64,000 nucleotides of DNA. Origin: Dendrobates tinctorius (Eukaryota). Under the pieces are notes generated by a model. The model was not told where the DNA came from. It did no database searches and was given only the letters and a program-made list of their open reading frames with translations. Positions 51,086 through 64,000 of the stretch are shown here, one piece after another. The DNA lies in the NCBI RefSeq assembly GCF_039654945.1, contig NW_027361806.1, forward strand, positions 3,844,001-3,908,000, given 5' to 3'. Position numbers and translations under genes: made by a program. How positions within the stretch are numbered: position 1 is the first letter of the stretch; each line of letters starts with the position of its first letter.

Positions 51086-54000
51086 TGCAAATCAGATACA
51101 CACCGACGCTGCATATCAGATACACACCGACACTGCAGATCAGATACACACCGACGCTGCAGATCAGATACACACCGACGCTGCAGATCAGATACACACA
51201 GACGCTGAAGATCAGATACACACAGACGCTGCAGATCAGATACACACAGACGCTGCAGATCAGATACACACAGACGCTGCAGATCAGATACACACAGACG
51301 CTGCAGATCAGATACACACAGACGCTGAAGATCAGATACACACAGACGCTGAAGATCAGATACACACAGATGCTGAAGATCAGATACACACCCGCACTGC
51401 AGATCAGATACACACCGACACTGCAGATCAGATACACACCCGCACTGCAGATCAGATACACACAGACGCTGCAGATCAGATACACACAGACGCTGCAGAT
51501 CAGATACACACAGACGCTGCAGATCAGATACACACAGACGCTGCAGATCAGATACACACCGACGCTGCAGATCAGATACACACCGACGCTGCAGATCAGA
51601 TACACACCGACGCTGCAGATCAGATACACACCGACGCTGCAGATCAGATACACACCGACGCTGCAGATCAGATACACACCGACGCTGCAGATCAGATACA
51701 CACCGACACTGCAGATCAGATACACACAGAGTTAGAGTAGGACTGGCAAGTGTAAGGAACTTTGACGCAGCTTGCCAGCTTCCGTATTAAGGCCTTAATA
51801 TCAACCAATACCTTACATATATTGATATGTTTTTTGTGCACTTTTTATATTTCTTTCAGGGTGCAGTTGGGCCCAAATGGTCCTGCAAACTTGTGGCCTC
51901 TGTTCACACGGGATGCATTCTGGTTGGCACTGGGCAGCCCCCCTATATGGTGTTACTAAGAGGTTGTGAGCCAGAAGCCCTGCATTCCCTGTGTGAACAC
52001 TGCCACATGCGGATTATTTCTTCTGCACTGGTGTACCACACGGCCAATCCCTGATTGTAGGCTGGCTGTTTCATTTGGTATTTATGCACCTGTGCAGCTG
52101 CCATTTTACTTGGGTCCGCTGCACCCTGGATTAGTGCAGATGTATCTGAATTTTTTGGCGGATTTTTTCCTCTTTTTGAGGTTTTCATGTTAGAGTAGGA
52201 CTGGCAAGTGTAAGGAACTCAGATAAACACAGATGCTGCAGATCAGATACGCTGCAAATCAGATACACACGCTGCAAATCAGATACACACCGACGCTGCA
52301 GATCAGATACACACAAATGCTGCAGATCAGATACACCGACGCTGCAGATCAGATACACACAAATGCTGCAGATCAGATACACAGACGCTGCAGATCAGAT
52401 ACACAAAGACACTGCAGATCAGATACACACAAATGCTGCAGATCAGATACACACAGACGCTGCAGATCAGATACACAAAGACGCTGCAGATCAGATACAC
52501 ACCGCCGCTGCAGATCAGATACACACCGCCGCTGCAGATCAGATACACAAAGACACTGCAGATCAGATACACACAAATGCTGCAGATCAGATACACACAG
52601 ACGCTGCAGATCAGATACAGACGCTGCAGATCAGATACACAAAGACACTGTAGATCAGATACACACAAATGCTGCAGATCAGATACACACAGACGCTGCA
52701 GATCAGATACACACAGACGCTGAAGATCAGATACACACAGACGCTGAAGATCAGATACACACAGACGCTGCAGATCAGATACCCACAGACGCTGCAGATC
52801 AGATACCCACAGACGCTGCAGATCAGATACACACAAATGCTGCAGATCAGATACACAGACGCTGCAGATCAGATACACAAAGACGCTGCAGATCAGATAC
52901 ACAAAAATGCTGCAGATCAGATACACACAGACGCTGCAGATCAGATACACACCGCCGCTGCAGATCAGATACACAAAGACACTGCAGATCAGATACACAC
53001 AAATGCTGCAGATCAGATACACACAGACGCTGCAGATCAGATACAGACGCTGCAGATCAGATACACAAAGACACTGCAGATCAGATACACACAAATGCTG
53101 CAGATCAGATACACACAGACGCTGCAGATCAGATACACACAGACGCTGCAGATCAGATACACACAGACGCTGCAGATCAGATACCCACAGACGCTGCAGA
53201 TCAGATACACACAAATGCTGCAGATCAGATACACACAGACGCTGCAGATCAGATACAGACGCTGCAGATCAGATACAGACGCTGCAGATCAGATACACAA
53301 ACACTGCAGATCAGATACACACAAATGCTGCAGATCAGATACACACAGACGCTGCAGATCAGATACACAAAGACGCTGCAGATCAGATACACACCGCCGC
53401 TGCAGATCAGATACACAAAGACACTGCAGATCAGATACACACAAATGCTGCAGATCAGATACACACAGACGCTGCAGATCAGATACAGACGCTGCAGATC
53501 AGATACAGACGCTGCAGATCAGATACACAAAGACACTGCAGATCAGATACACACAAATGCTGCAGATCAGATACACACAGACGCTGCAGATCAGATACAC
53601 ACAGACGCTGAAGATCAGATACACACAGACGCTGAAGATCAGATACACACAGACGCAGCAGATCAGATACCCACAGACGCTGCAGATCAGATACCCACAG
53701 ATGCTGCAGATCAGATACACACAAATGCTGCAGATCAGATACACAGACGCTGCAGATCAGATACACAAAGACGCTGCAGATCAGATACACAAAAATGCTG
53801 CAGATCAGATACACACAGACGCTGCAGATCAGATACACACCGCCGCTGCAGATCAGATACACAAAGACACTGCAGATCAGATACACACAAATGCTGCAGA
53901 TCAGATACACACAGACGCTGCAGATCAGATACAGACGCTGCAGATCAGATACAGACGCTGCAGATCAGATACACAAAGACACTGCAGATCAGATACACAC

Positions 54001-54880
54001 AAATGCTGCAGATCAGATACACACAGACGCTGCAGATCAGATACACACAGACGCTGCAGATCAGATACCCACAGACGCAGCAGATCAGATACCCACAGAC
54101 GCTGCAGATCAGATACCCACAGACGCTGCAGATCAGATACACACAAATGCTGCAGATCAGATACACAGACGCTGCAGATCAGATACACAAAGACACTGCA
54201 GATCAGATACACACAAATGCTGCAGATCAGATACACACAGACGCTGCAGATCAGATACACAAAGACGCTGCAGATCAGATACACACCGCCGCTGCAGATC
54301 AGATACACAAAGACACTGCAGATCAGATACACACAAATGCTGCAGATCAGATACACACAAATGCTGCAGATCAGATACACACAGACGCTGCAGATCAGAT
54401 ACACAAAGACGCTGCAGATCAGATACACAAAGACGCTGCAGATCAGATACACACCGCCGCTGCAGATCTGATACACACAAATGCTGCAGATCAGATACAG
54501 ACGCTGCAGATCAGATACAGACGCTGCAGATCAGATACACACAGACGCTGCAGATCAGATACACACAGACGCTGAAGATCAGATACACACAAACGCTGAA
54601 GATCAGATACACACAGACGCTGAAGATCAGATACACACGCTGCAAATCAGATACACACCGACGCTGCAGATCAGATACACACAGACGCTGCAGATCAGAT
54701 ACACACAGACGCAGCAGATCAGATACCCACAGACGCTGCAGATCAGATACCCACAGACGCTGCAGATGAGATACACACCGACGCTGCAGATCAGATACAC
54801 ACAGACGCTGCAGATCAGATACACACAGATGCTGCAGATCAGAAACGCACTGACACTGCAGATCAGATACACACCAGCAC
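51086..54880. repeat. 24-bp minisatellite (GCTGCAGATCAGATACACACAGAC, with 20- and 22-bp variants), interrupted at 51731-52219
   Basis: Direct tandem repetition; a degenerate continuation extends to about 55680. Confidence 0.97.
51731..52219. mobile_element. 489-bp insertion bounded by identical 31-bp direct repeats
   Basis: GTTAGAGTAGGACTGGCAAGTGTAAGGAACT at 51731-51761 and 52189-52219; flanked by satellite on both sides. Confidence 0.75.
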
Positions 54881-55130
54881 CCTGAAGGTTTGATAAGACA
54901 CTGTTGAATAGGTAAAATTGGTTATATATAAACAAACAGTGCGTGGTTAGATACATCCCAAAGATTAGAAACACAGACATAGGTAGTTAGATATTCCCTA
55001 CTGATAAGATATGCGGAAAAAAATGTTGATTAAATACACTGTGGAATAGATATCCACATATACACTCCTGATCAGATACATTGATGCAGATTAGATACAC
55101 ATATATACTGCTGCTGGCTAGATACACTTA

Positions 55131-55419
55131 GGCTAGGTTCATATTGCGTTAACCCAGCCCGTTCAACGCATAGCGTTGACGGGCTGCGTTAACGGTACAG
55201 CATAACGCGATCGTGTTATTCTATACCCGCTAGCGCAGATGCTTCATCTGTGCTAGCAGTGATGGAGCCTCAGACGCTGCAGCCCACGTCCGAGGCTTCG
55301 TCACTGAATGACGGCACATAGCGAGCGCGTGCTGCTTTACGGTATGCGTCGCGATGAGCCTGATAATGGGGGTCAATGGCAGCGTTAACGGACTGCCATA
55401 ACGCAATGTGACCCCGGCC
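55131..55419. mobile_element. PIF/Harbinger-type MITE
   Basis: TIRs GGCTAGGTTCATATTGCGTT / AACGCAATGTGACCCCGGCC; TSD TTA. Confidence 0.8.
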
Positions 55420-56444
55420 TTATAGTTAGATACACAGTGCTACTGATAAGATACACTGCTGATCAGACACATACAGATACAATACTGATCAGATACAGTG
55501 CTGATTAGATACTTTTGCTGATTTCAAACATGTATCCTGATCACATACACATAGATACGCAGCTGATCAGATACACATAGATACTGTCCTGATTAGACAC
55601 ATACAGATACAATGCTGATCAGATACACTCCTGATCAAACACATGCAGATACAATGCGGATACACTGCAGATTAGATCCATCACGGTTCACATCCCGGTC
55701 ACCGCTTCATTAACTGTGTTTAAACAAGCAGTAGGAAAACATATTAGTTTCTGAACTTTTGGAGGCATGTGAAGAATGGAGAGGGGCTTTGTTCCAGTAA
55801 TCTCCCTGGGCAGAATGAAGAATGCACCCTTTCAGTGCCAGGCACACGTCACCTTCCTCCAGCTGCAGGGCTTCAGGCAGACGGACACAAAGCAGGGTCT
55901 CAGGACTGGAAGAATGGGGGGCAGCAGGAATGAGACCCTTCTCTGTAACATATGATAACTCGCCTGGAACAGTCAATAATTAGGAAAGGTCATATAATCA
56001 TATAATTAAAGGGCCATTTCAGGAGACCCTGCATTCCTGACAGATGATTATCACATTTATAATTTATACATCCTACCATTTCAACTACATTACAATCCAC
56101 AATCTCATGCCCCGAGGCGTTGCCTAATCCAGGAAGAACTTAATGATCATCCTGAGCCTCCTGATTCATGCAGTGCAGACTGACACAAGGAGGACAATAT
56201 GGCATCCCGTAACTAACCTGCATTAGACGCGTGTGAATAACATTGGAAGCGGCTTCTACGGATGTAATGATCATTGATGTTTATTCTAAAAAATCATTAT
56301 GTCTAAGTTTGTAAAACCATAGAGCCAAAGGACAGAGATATAATTACATTTTAATTAACGCACCTGTTCATTGAAAGCAAGCAGAGCTGGAAAATGGGGA
56401 GGTACTGAGACACAAAACATACTGGAACGTTGCAAAACACATAT

Positions 56445-56818
56445 GCACCCGATCAGTTGCCCACTATGACTATAGCATGACCCATGGATGATGCACCTGA
56501 TCAGTTTCCCGATGTGACTACGCCATGATCCGGTAATAACACACCAAATCAGTCGCCAGGTGTGACTATGGCCTGACCCGAGGATGACGCACTTGATCAG
56601 TCGCCTGGTGTGACTACGCCATGATCCGGGGATAACGCACCAAATCAGTCACCAAGTGTGACTATGGTCTGAACCGAGGATGATGCACCTGATCAGGCGC
56701 CTGGTGTGACTATGGCCTGATGCACTTGATCACTTGCCCGGTTTGACTATGGCATGACCCGGGGATGACGCACCCGACTAGTTGCCCGGTGTGACTACGA
56801 CATGACCCGGGGATGACG
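56445..56818. repeat. Degenerate tandem repeat, about 50 bp
   Basis: Recurring GATGACGCACCTGATCAGT...GTGTGACTA...TGACCCGGG. Confidence 0.8.
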
Positions 56819-57642
56819 ATTGCATTCTTCCATAGGAAATGACTAGATAATCAATGAAACTTGATCAACCTAAAGTCAGTCAGCCTTGTAGAGCCGTGAT
56901 TTGCCGCTTTACCCCCAGGTTAGCTTAGACAAACCAGGTTTTGTGTGGCTAGAGGGTTAACAGGAGATAAATCAATGTTTTCCATTCATTGCAATGCAGG
57001 GATCTCATTAGGAATAACTGACTGTTCACTTTGTCACTGGACTTGGTGACAGAGCAGGGAAATGGCCAGGTCAGGGGTCATCAAGGGGAAGGGGGTGCGC
57101 AGGTCAGTCTCAGGCTTTACTGTTTCAAATAAAGCTGGGAATTGCCGCCACTACATCTACCCGAAGCTGCAGAGTCCACCAAATGGAAGATCTGCAGAGC
57201 AAGATTTGCCAAAGACTTGGGAAAGGAATCTGCATAATACAAGTCACCTTTTTTTTTTTTGCTTCTTGCGGGTTGCAGTAACAACCCCTTGCATGCTGCG
57301 GTGAAGCAGTGGCATAGCATGATCTTCGGCTATGTGACCTATGTCATGGCCAAAGTTATGGTGCAGCCCCAGCCTGACAAGAGATGTTCTAAATGAAAGG
57401 CCAAAAATGCTTAAAAAACCACATCAAATGGCAAGTATTTGTGCACCTCATGATCAAAGGATGCGTGGCAAAACTGCAGTAAGACAGCGTGCGGTTTTGA
57501 TGCAGTTTTAATCTCAGGGTAAAAAAAAAAAAAAGTCTCATATAAATACAACTTATAAAAGCTGAGTGGGGACCCCTTTCTGAACCGTATTGGTGGCCAT
57601 ATTGATCCTATACTGAAAAAAAAGGGATTTCATTTTTTTTCC

Positions 57643-60231
57643 CACTTTGTGTATTACACTTTTCTATAGCCAAATTTGTTCAGAGACGAAAAAAGTTGAA
57701 CTTAACTAATGTTGTGGTGCTGAAAACGAATATGATGCTTACATTTGCTGCTTGGCTCTAATTTTCAAGATCCAGAGGAGGTTGTAATTACTTATAACAC
57801 CTTTTATGCAGGCTTATAGAAAAATTGCGTCTTTATTATTTCATCCTGCATGGTTAGTAGCTCATCTATTACAATATCTAGTCTATTGAGCCTTCAGCGT
57901 TCTATCATCTTAGGGCAACCAATCAAAAAACCGCCAACCCCCAAACCTACAGTGATAAAGAAAGCCTACAACCTGTATTTTGGCTGCAGAATAGGAGATT
58001 AGGACAAGAGTTGGGCTCCACACATATGTTGCAATAGATGTGCATCACATCTTACCCAGTGGTTGCATGGGAAGAGGCAATCTGTGGTCAATGATCTACA
58101 GAGAGCCAACCGATCACTCTACCAATTGCTACTTCTGCATGGTTCCCCCCATTAGGAATGGAGTTTCATGGAAGAAGAAGAGGACTTTACAGTGTCCCAA
58201 CATTCCATCTGCAATATGTCCAGTACCAAATACAGAAGAACTGCCGGCTCCACAAGCACCAGAAACATTTTCAGTCAAGTCAAGTGAGGAAGAAGAGGGC
58301 ACTTAGCGTCATGAAGCATCTTCCTCTCATGACCCAGACATTCTGTTAGTAACCTCAACTGAACCAACCACACCTTGTAACATAAAGTGAACTTAATGAT
58401 CTTGTTAGAGATTTGGAGAAAGGCTGAGCTCTTTGGCTTCAGGCTACAGCAGTGGAATCTCCTTGCCGGCGATGTTCGGATCTTTTGGTCCTGCAACTGT
58501 GATAAAGATCTTGTCCAATACTTCTTCATGGAAGGTGATCTTGTGGCATGCAACAACATCAACAGTTTAATGGAAGCTCTGAAGATAAGTCATTATCCAG
58601 ACTAATGGAGGCTCTTCATCGATTCATTCAAAACAAGCCTAAGACCTACCTTGCTCCATAAAGGCAATGCGCTACCTTCAATTCCAGTTGGTTGTATCGT
58701 CCACATGAAAGAAACCTATGACATGAAACAGCTGTTGAGGTTCCTGAACTATGACCAACATTCGTGGCCCCTCTGTGGTCATTTCAAGGTGGTTGTCTTC
58801 TTACTCGGTCTCCAGGTGGAGACACAAAGCACTGCTGCCTTCTGTGTGAGTGGGGTAGTCGTGCAAAAGAATATCACTACAATAAAAGAGACTGGTCGCT
58901 CCGACATTCACTTCAGCCATGGAGTAAAAATGTCCGGCATCCAGCACTTGTTGACCTACATAAGATTTTGTTACCACCATTGCATATCAAGTTGTACCTA
59001 ATGAAGAACTTTAGAAAGGCAATGGATATAATACAAAAGCAATCAAGTATCTCATTGATAAATAGGGGGGGTGTGGCCGGTCTCTGCAGGAATTTAACCC
59101 TGCTAGGTCCTGCAGAGATCAGGTTCCCTGGCCAATGCTGTGCCGGCAGATCCTATATTAGGCAGCTTCACCCACCACTCTCTGCCTGAACGTTGGTTAG
59201 CGAGTTCAACTGCCTAGTGTCCAGTTCATGCGTTTACTTGTATAGATTCACCCATTAACCCGTCCTGCCTGACCTCGACTCGGACTACTGTGCCGTCTGC
59301 TCCGATCTTGGACAGTCTGACCACGTTTTTGTCTTTGCCCTCTAGTACCCGTGCCTATGATCCTCCGGTCGGCTGCTGTAGTCCCGAGGACTACCCTGGA
59401 GTGCTACCTGGCGACTACCTACGGCCAAGCCTATCCTCATCATCAGGGGCTCTAGCAAACACCAAGTAGTCGCTAAGTCACGCCATTCCAGGGCAAGCCC
59501 AGCCCCTGGCACAGTGGGTCCACACCCATCAGTGTTACAGGAAAAAGTCTTTCTTGGACCTCAGATTCGTATTTTTCGTCAAGATGAGGAGTTTCTCCGC
59601 TTGTTGCAGGGCAAGGAAAAGGCTACATGGTTAGAATTCACATTAGTGGTAATTTTTTGGAAAAAAGAGCAGATAACTATGAAGAGTTGGTGGAAAATCT
59701 CCTCAAAACATATAAGGATCTTAAGGATTCATTTTTTACATTCACATCTAAACTTTTTTTTCCACCAATCTGCGGAGCATTGAGCGACGAGCACGGTGAG
59801 AAATTTCACCAAGATATCAATGCTTGCAGATTACTGCTGGACAATTGTAAGAGATGATCCGATGCAGAAGTACAAGAGATAAGCAAAAGAGAGTCATCAC
59901 TGAATGAGGAGCAAATGCAGAACAATTTCTGTAATGGTTTATAATTCGCAATAGTGTTTAGACATGTTTTAGTTCTTTTAATTGTTGCTAAGTTTTCGCT
60001 AAATAAATATGGAAAAATTTACATAAAATATTCTGCATCCTTATTTTTGCAAAAATAATACTGTTTCAAAGCACTGAAACATTCATGCATTAACTATATG
60101 TAGCCGTAAAAGAAAAGCTTCATAGAAACAAGAGCCAACTAAACGTTTTCATAGTCAGGAGGTGAAAATCATTAAGAAATGGCTCATTTCATAACGGAAC
60201 CTGACAAGTTTGGAAAATATGTAGCACAGTG
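57643..60231 (+). mobile_element. Decayed DNA transposon with a transposase pseudogene (Chapaev3/CMC-like)
   Basis: Frameshifted fragments DKSWAPHICC, REPTDHSTNCYFC, RLQQWNLL, WRLFIDS, LLHKGNALPSIPVG, TKHCCLLCEW, LLPPLHIKLYLMKNF, GPQIR, GALSDEHGEKFHQDI; termini CACT.../...CACAGTG. Family assignment is from recall of these motifs. Confidence 0.8.
59062..59539 (+). mobile_element. LTR-like fragment inserted into the transposase
   Basis: Interrupts the transposase frame between ...YLID and EKVFLGPQI; ends in ...GGGTCCACACCCATCAGTGTTACA, a typical LTR CA end. Confidence 0.6.
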
Positions 60232-63088
60232 CTATAAAAGGGGCAGGGAGCCGACAGCGGACACTGGGAAATGATTCAGAAAGCAGGCAGGGTCTTCTGC
60301 ACTAAATCCACAAGATGTTTGTGGGATTGTTGATGCCGGAGGTGGCCTGTAAGCTTCCCTGAGCAGCTGAGAAAGCTGGAGGGACGCTTCTCCTCACCAT
60401 CTGCTCCACACCCGGGACACCTCCTGAAAAACACAAAATCCTTCCTTTCCAGTCCTGTTAACCTCAAATCAGCCGTGAGGGCCCCTGTCCGGCTGTTAAT
60501 CCTGTGCAGCCGGGGCCCTTCGCTTTCCATCTGTCCTGGGAGAAGCAGAGTTAAGGGCAATCCCTCCCTTCATCCCCCTCCTGAGTTGTCCTGGTTTATG
60601 TAGATGCAATGTCTGTAGAGACCCCCCTGCTTCCACCTCACCTTACAGTCATCCGCAAAGTGCCCCCGTCAGCCATATTGTCAGGCCCAGTCACCTGTAA
60701 AAGTCTCCAAATCCCTATTCTCCCTCCAATGTTTATGGTCGCATGCACACGTCCAGGTCAGATGATTGAAACTTTCTCTTGATTTTACTAAAAAATGTCT
60801 GACATTTGCGCAGGACGCCATACCCCCCCCCCCCCCACACTTTCCTCTTGATAGTCACTGAGCCGTTTTATCTAGGCTACAAAATCAGGACGTTAAGCCC
60901 ACCACAACCGGAGAGACTTCCCAATCCCCAAGGGACACAATTTACATTCTGGTTGGGTCTGAAATAGAAAGAAAAAAGGAGAAAGATGGCAAAAATCTGC
61001 ACCCACGAAGCGACACATCGGGGGGTATGTGTAACGACCGTGCAAATGGCGCAGCACGAGCAGATTAGTTTGTGAGAACGGGATAATGGATGTGATACAA
61101 TGTGCGTTAGATTGTGAACTCCTGGGGACAGAGATGAATGGAGAGATACATATGTGTGACACGTACTGTAGCTCCTGTGGGCACGGATGATGGGAGTGAG
61201 CACGTTACACTGACACCGATAGTATATAGAAGGTGCAGGGATATGCAGACGAACCCTCGAAGAGTTTTGGAAGGAGCATTATCATTTTCATCGTCATATG
61301 TCCTCATGTTGAGATTTTCCATATGACCAGACCCCAGAAGAGTCAGACGATGAGATTTGCCAGCTCGGTCTATGGATTGTATTAACTTGCATCCAAATGA
61401 AGGAGAAGCAGCTCAGTCCTGCAAGAAGTGAGAAGGCATAAGGGTGAGGGAGCCATTTTTTTTTTTTTTTTTACATAGATCTTCTCCTGACCCAAATACT
61501 CTGATATAACATCTACATCCCTTTCATGAGAATTCATCTTCTTACTGATGTAAAATAGAGAAGTGCGAATGAGGCTTTACCATACAGGAAACCTCCCGTC
61601 TGTTGGTACGAGAAGGCAGGACGCAGATTCGGCTACTTTTGGTTTCGGCTTCGTCATTTGCAGAGTTACCGCCTTGGAAAGGTCAAATTAAAGCAGCGGA
61701 GAAGTGACACCCCCACACACTCACCTCCTCTGTATACAGGGACTGACACTCATTTGCTTTTTTCTTCTTTTTGCAATATTTCATCTACAAAAAAAAAAAT
61801 AAGTGAATTGGTGCAAACTCCGTCAAAATTACCACCGCTCAGGGATTCACCGGCCACCCCTGCATTGCTGGGAAGATTCACAGTTCAGGAGCATGGGAGA
61901 CAATATCCATAAAGGTGGAGATATTAGCACCCAGCATTTCTAAAGACATGGAAAAGTATAGAATCTTGAATTCTGGGCTACAACCCCTTTCGAGGCAGTA
62001 ATGGCAGCCATATTGGATGACACCCAGCTTTCCTAGCAGTTAGAAAATGAAAAATTGCAGTTGTAATTTGGCTGAAAAATGACAACACTTGCAATAATAT
62101 TTACTGAAGATTTTGTTTTTAAAAGGGGAGTAATCCAATAAAACAGGTGAACGAACCTCCGTGATGTGATCCATCAGCGACACCTGGCCCACGTCCGCAG
62201 CTCCCCCTGCAGGACGCTCGGCTCCTATCATCTGGCTGACACGATGGATTTCCATTTCTTGCATCAGCCCAGCAGGAGCCAATGTGCGCGGCAGGCGCAG
62301 GGAGCGCTCAGTCCGCTGGGGCCGAGTCCCATGCTCCTCGTCGTTCAGAATGGCCTCTGACAACCTCCTCCTCCAAATGATGTTAATTAAACAGCAGGAA
62401 TACACTGCAGACCGGCAGTTCCCAAACAGGATCACAGGGGACGAAAACGCGGGCATCAGCGGGGAATTTAATCACTTTGCAACTGGTTGTTAGACGTCAA
62501 CTTGCTGCTGCTCCCCACACGTGTTAACCAGAAAACATGGCTGAATGGGAAGTCGTTCCCTTTGCTTTTCCTCTATGTCTCTTCTGCTTCATTCTTGTCA
62601 AATTTCACATTACGTTGCAGCTTTTTTCCTGATTACTGAACTTTCTGTCCATTTTTGCAAACATTTTATTACTTTTCCCAATAGCTATGAAATGAAGGCA
62701 CCTTGCGATAGGTCCTAATTACAGTAAAATGTCTTTTTGCTTTTCTCCCTACAGTTCTTCTGCTGAACGATGTCTCCATGGTAACAGACAACAAGCTTTG
62801 TAGTCTGATCTTGCAGTCACGTGACCCTTTGTCCCTTTTTCTTGCTATACTACATACTATATAGAAAAAACAAAGGGAAAAGAGTAATGCATGGCTGCAG
62901 GATCAGACATTTGTATTTGCCGCCTGTTACCATGAGACGCATAGTCTGCATAGGAGCTGTATTCAAAAGCGGTTGGAAATTTCTCATGAAAACTTATTGC
63001 AAAGGTGCTTCATTTTTTTTTTTATCTTAGCCTTCTTTAATTGTGAAAGTGTATATAGTTATTGTCATACTACTGCAGTGCAGTATAG

Positions 63089-63615
63089 CGTAACCTCCAC
63101 CAGGGGGTGCTGGTGAGGGAAAAGAGGTTGCACACACAGCATAGCAACACTGAGCAGCAGCACAAGCACCACCAGGTGGCGAAAGAGTGGTCAAACAAGC
63201 CTAGTCAGAAACAGCCAGGAGCAGAAGTACCAGAGGTCACAGCAGTACACGTGGTCAGAAACAAGCCAGGGGGTCAACAACGGTCGGAAGCGGATAAGAC
63301 AAAGACAGAAGAAAGTCCAAATGCAAGCCAAGTGAAAACCAGGGAGTCGACAAACTTACAGGGAAACACTGAGTCAGGACAGACAGAAGGAATAAACTGA
63401 CACGGGGCAAGTCAGGGATCACAGCAGGACAAATCAGGATATACCAGAGTCAGATACACATGCCGAAGGCAGAACTATAGCTGACACCGCCTGCTGGATG
63501 CAGCGGAGCTAAATAGCAAACCTGAGACCAGACTGATGCTGAGAAAAGTTAACCCCCGAAATGACCAGACCGGGCGCATGGAAAGACAGGACTCAAAACC
63601 CGGTCTGGATCATGA
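63089..63615 (-). mobile_element. Probable solo LTR
   Basis: Purine-skewed segment with TTAACCCC and an LTR-like terminal region, similar in character to 59062-59539 in reverse; ends are imperfect. Confidence 0.4.
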
Positions 63616-63767
63616 GTTATTAAAGGAATTTCCCACTTGGCACACATGTAGAGGAGGCTGGTATAGATCTTGCATCAGGGGTCCGGGAAGGTGATCAATA
63701 GTGTATGATAGTCTATCACAGAGCCTACACGTTTTGAGACTCGTATCTTTTGCCGAGTTCACACAAT

Positions 63768-63920
63768 TTTATTATTATTATAGCGCCATTTATTCCATGG
63801 CACTTTACATGTAAAAAGGGGTATACATAATAAAACAAGTACAATAATGTTAAACAATACAAGTCTCAAAGGGTACAGGAGGAGAGAGGACCCTGCCCGC
63901 GAGGGCTCACAATCTACACA
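63768..63920 (-). mobile_element. 3' end of an L2/CR1-type LINE
   Basis: (TAA)n tail on the minus strand next to TATAGCGCCATTTATTCCATGGCACTTTACA...GCCCGCGAGGGCTCACAATCTACA. Confidence 0.65.
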
Positions 63921-64000
63921 TCACACAATGTCGACATCCAGCCTCACCGCCAGGCATAATGTCAGCCTCTGGCACCATATGGGCCTCCACCCCATCACTA

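Noticed and set aside
52233-54885. Very long ORFs (780, 600 and 324 aa) with LQIRYTQT / DAADQIHT repeats
   Set aside because: Translations of a stop-poor 24-bp minisatellite in ZSWIM5 intron 1; open in several frames and on both strands; no gene structure.

Overview
Vertebrate genomic DNA. The repeat landscape suggests a frog, which is an inference. Three known genes are present in the conserved tetrapod order: HECTD3 (minus strand, 21 coding exons, 11413-22296, 845 aa), UROD (plus strand, 10 exons, 28642-34658, 367 aa) and ZSWIM5 (minus strand, exons 2-14, 42659-49901; exon 1 lies outside the window). I traced all exons by hand and checked GT-AG junctions and phase. A CpG-rich, E-box-bearing non-coding first exon near 2.4 kb is probably EIF2B3 by synteny. 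The rest is more than ten minisatellite families and many transposon remnants (Tc1, hAT and Harbinger MITEs, Penelope-like fragments, a Chapaev-like element, solo LTRs, a LINE tail). Most long ORFs in the supplied track are minisatellite artefacts. The best candidate for something new is a three-exon plus-strand gene at about 6061-8858 that I do not recognise. It would encode a secreted prepropeptide of about 145 aa with basic cleavage sites and a C-terminal 6-Cys peptide (QPDVAPPASQCVNCQLPTTCNKCCRICWR), followed by two AATAAA signals; its start exon carries one apparent lesion. Also notable: a 49-bp tandem array of about 30 near-consensus CTCF motifs between UROD and ZSWIM5, an array of ZNF143/SBS-like motifs next to the putative EIF2B3 exon, and a HECTD3 uORF in frame with the main CDS.
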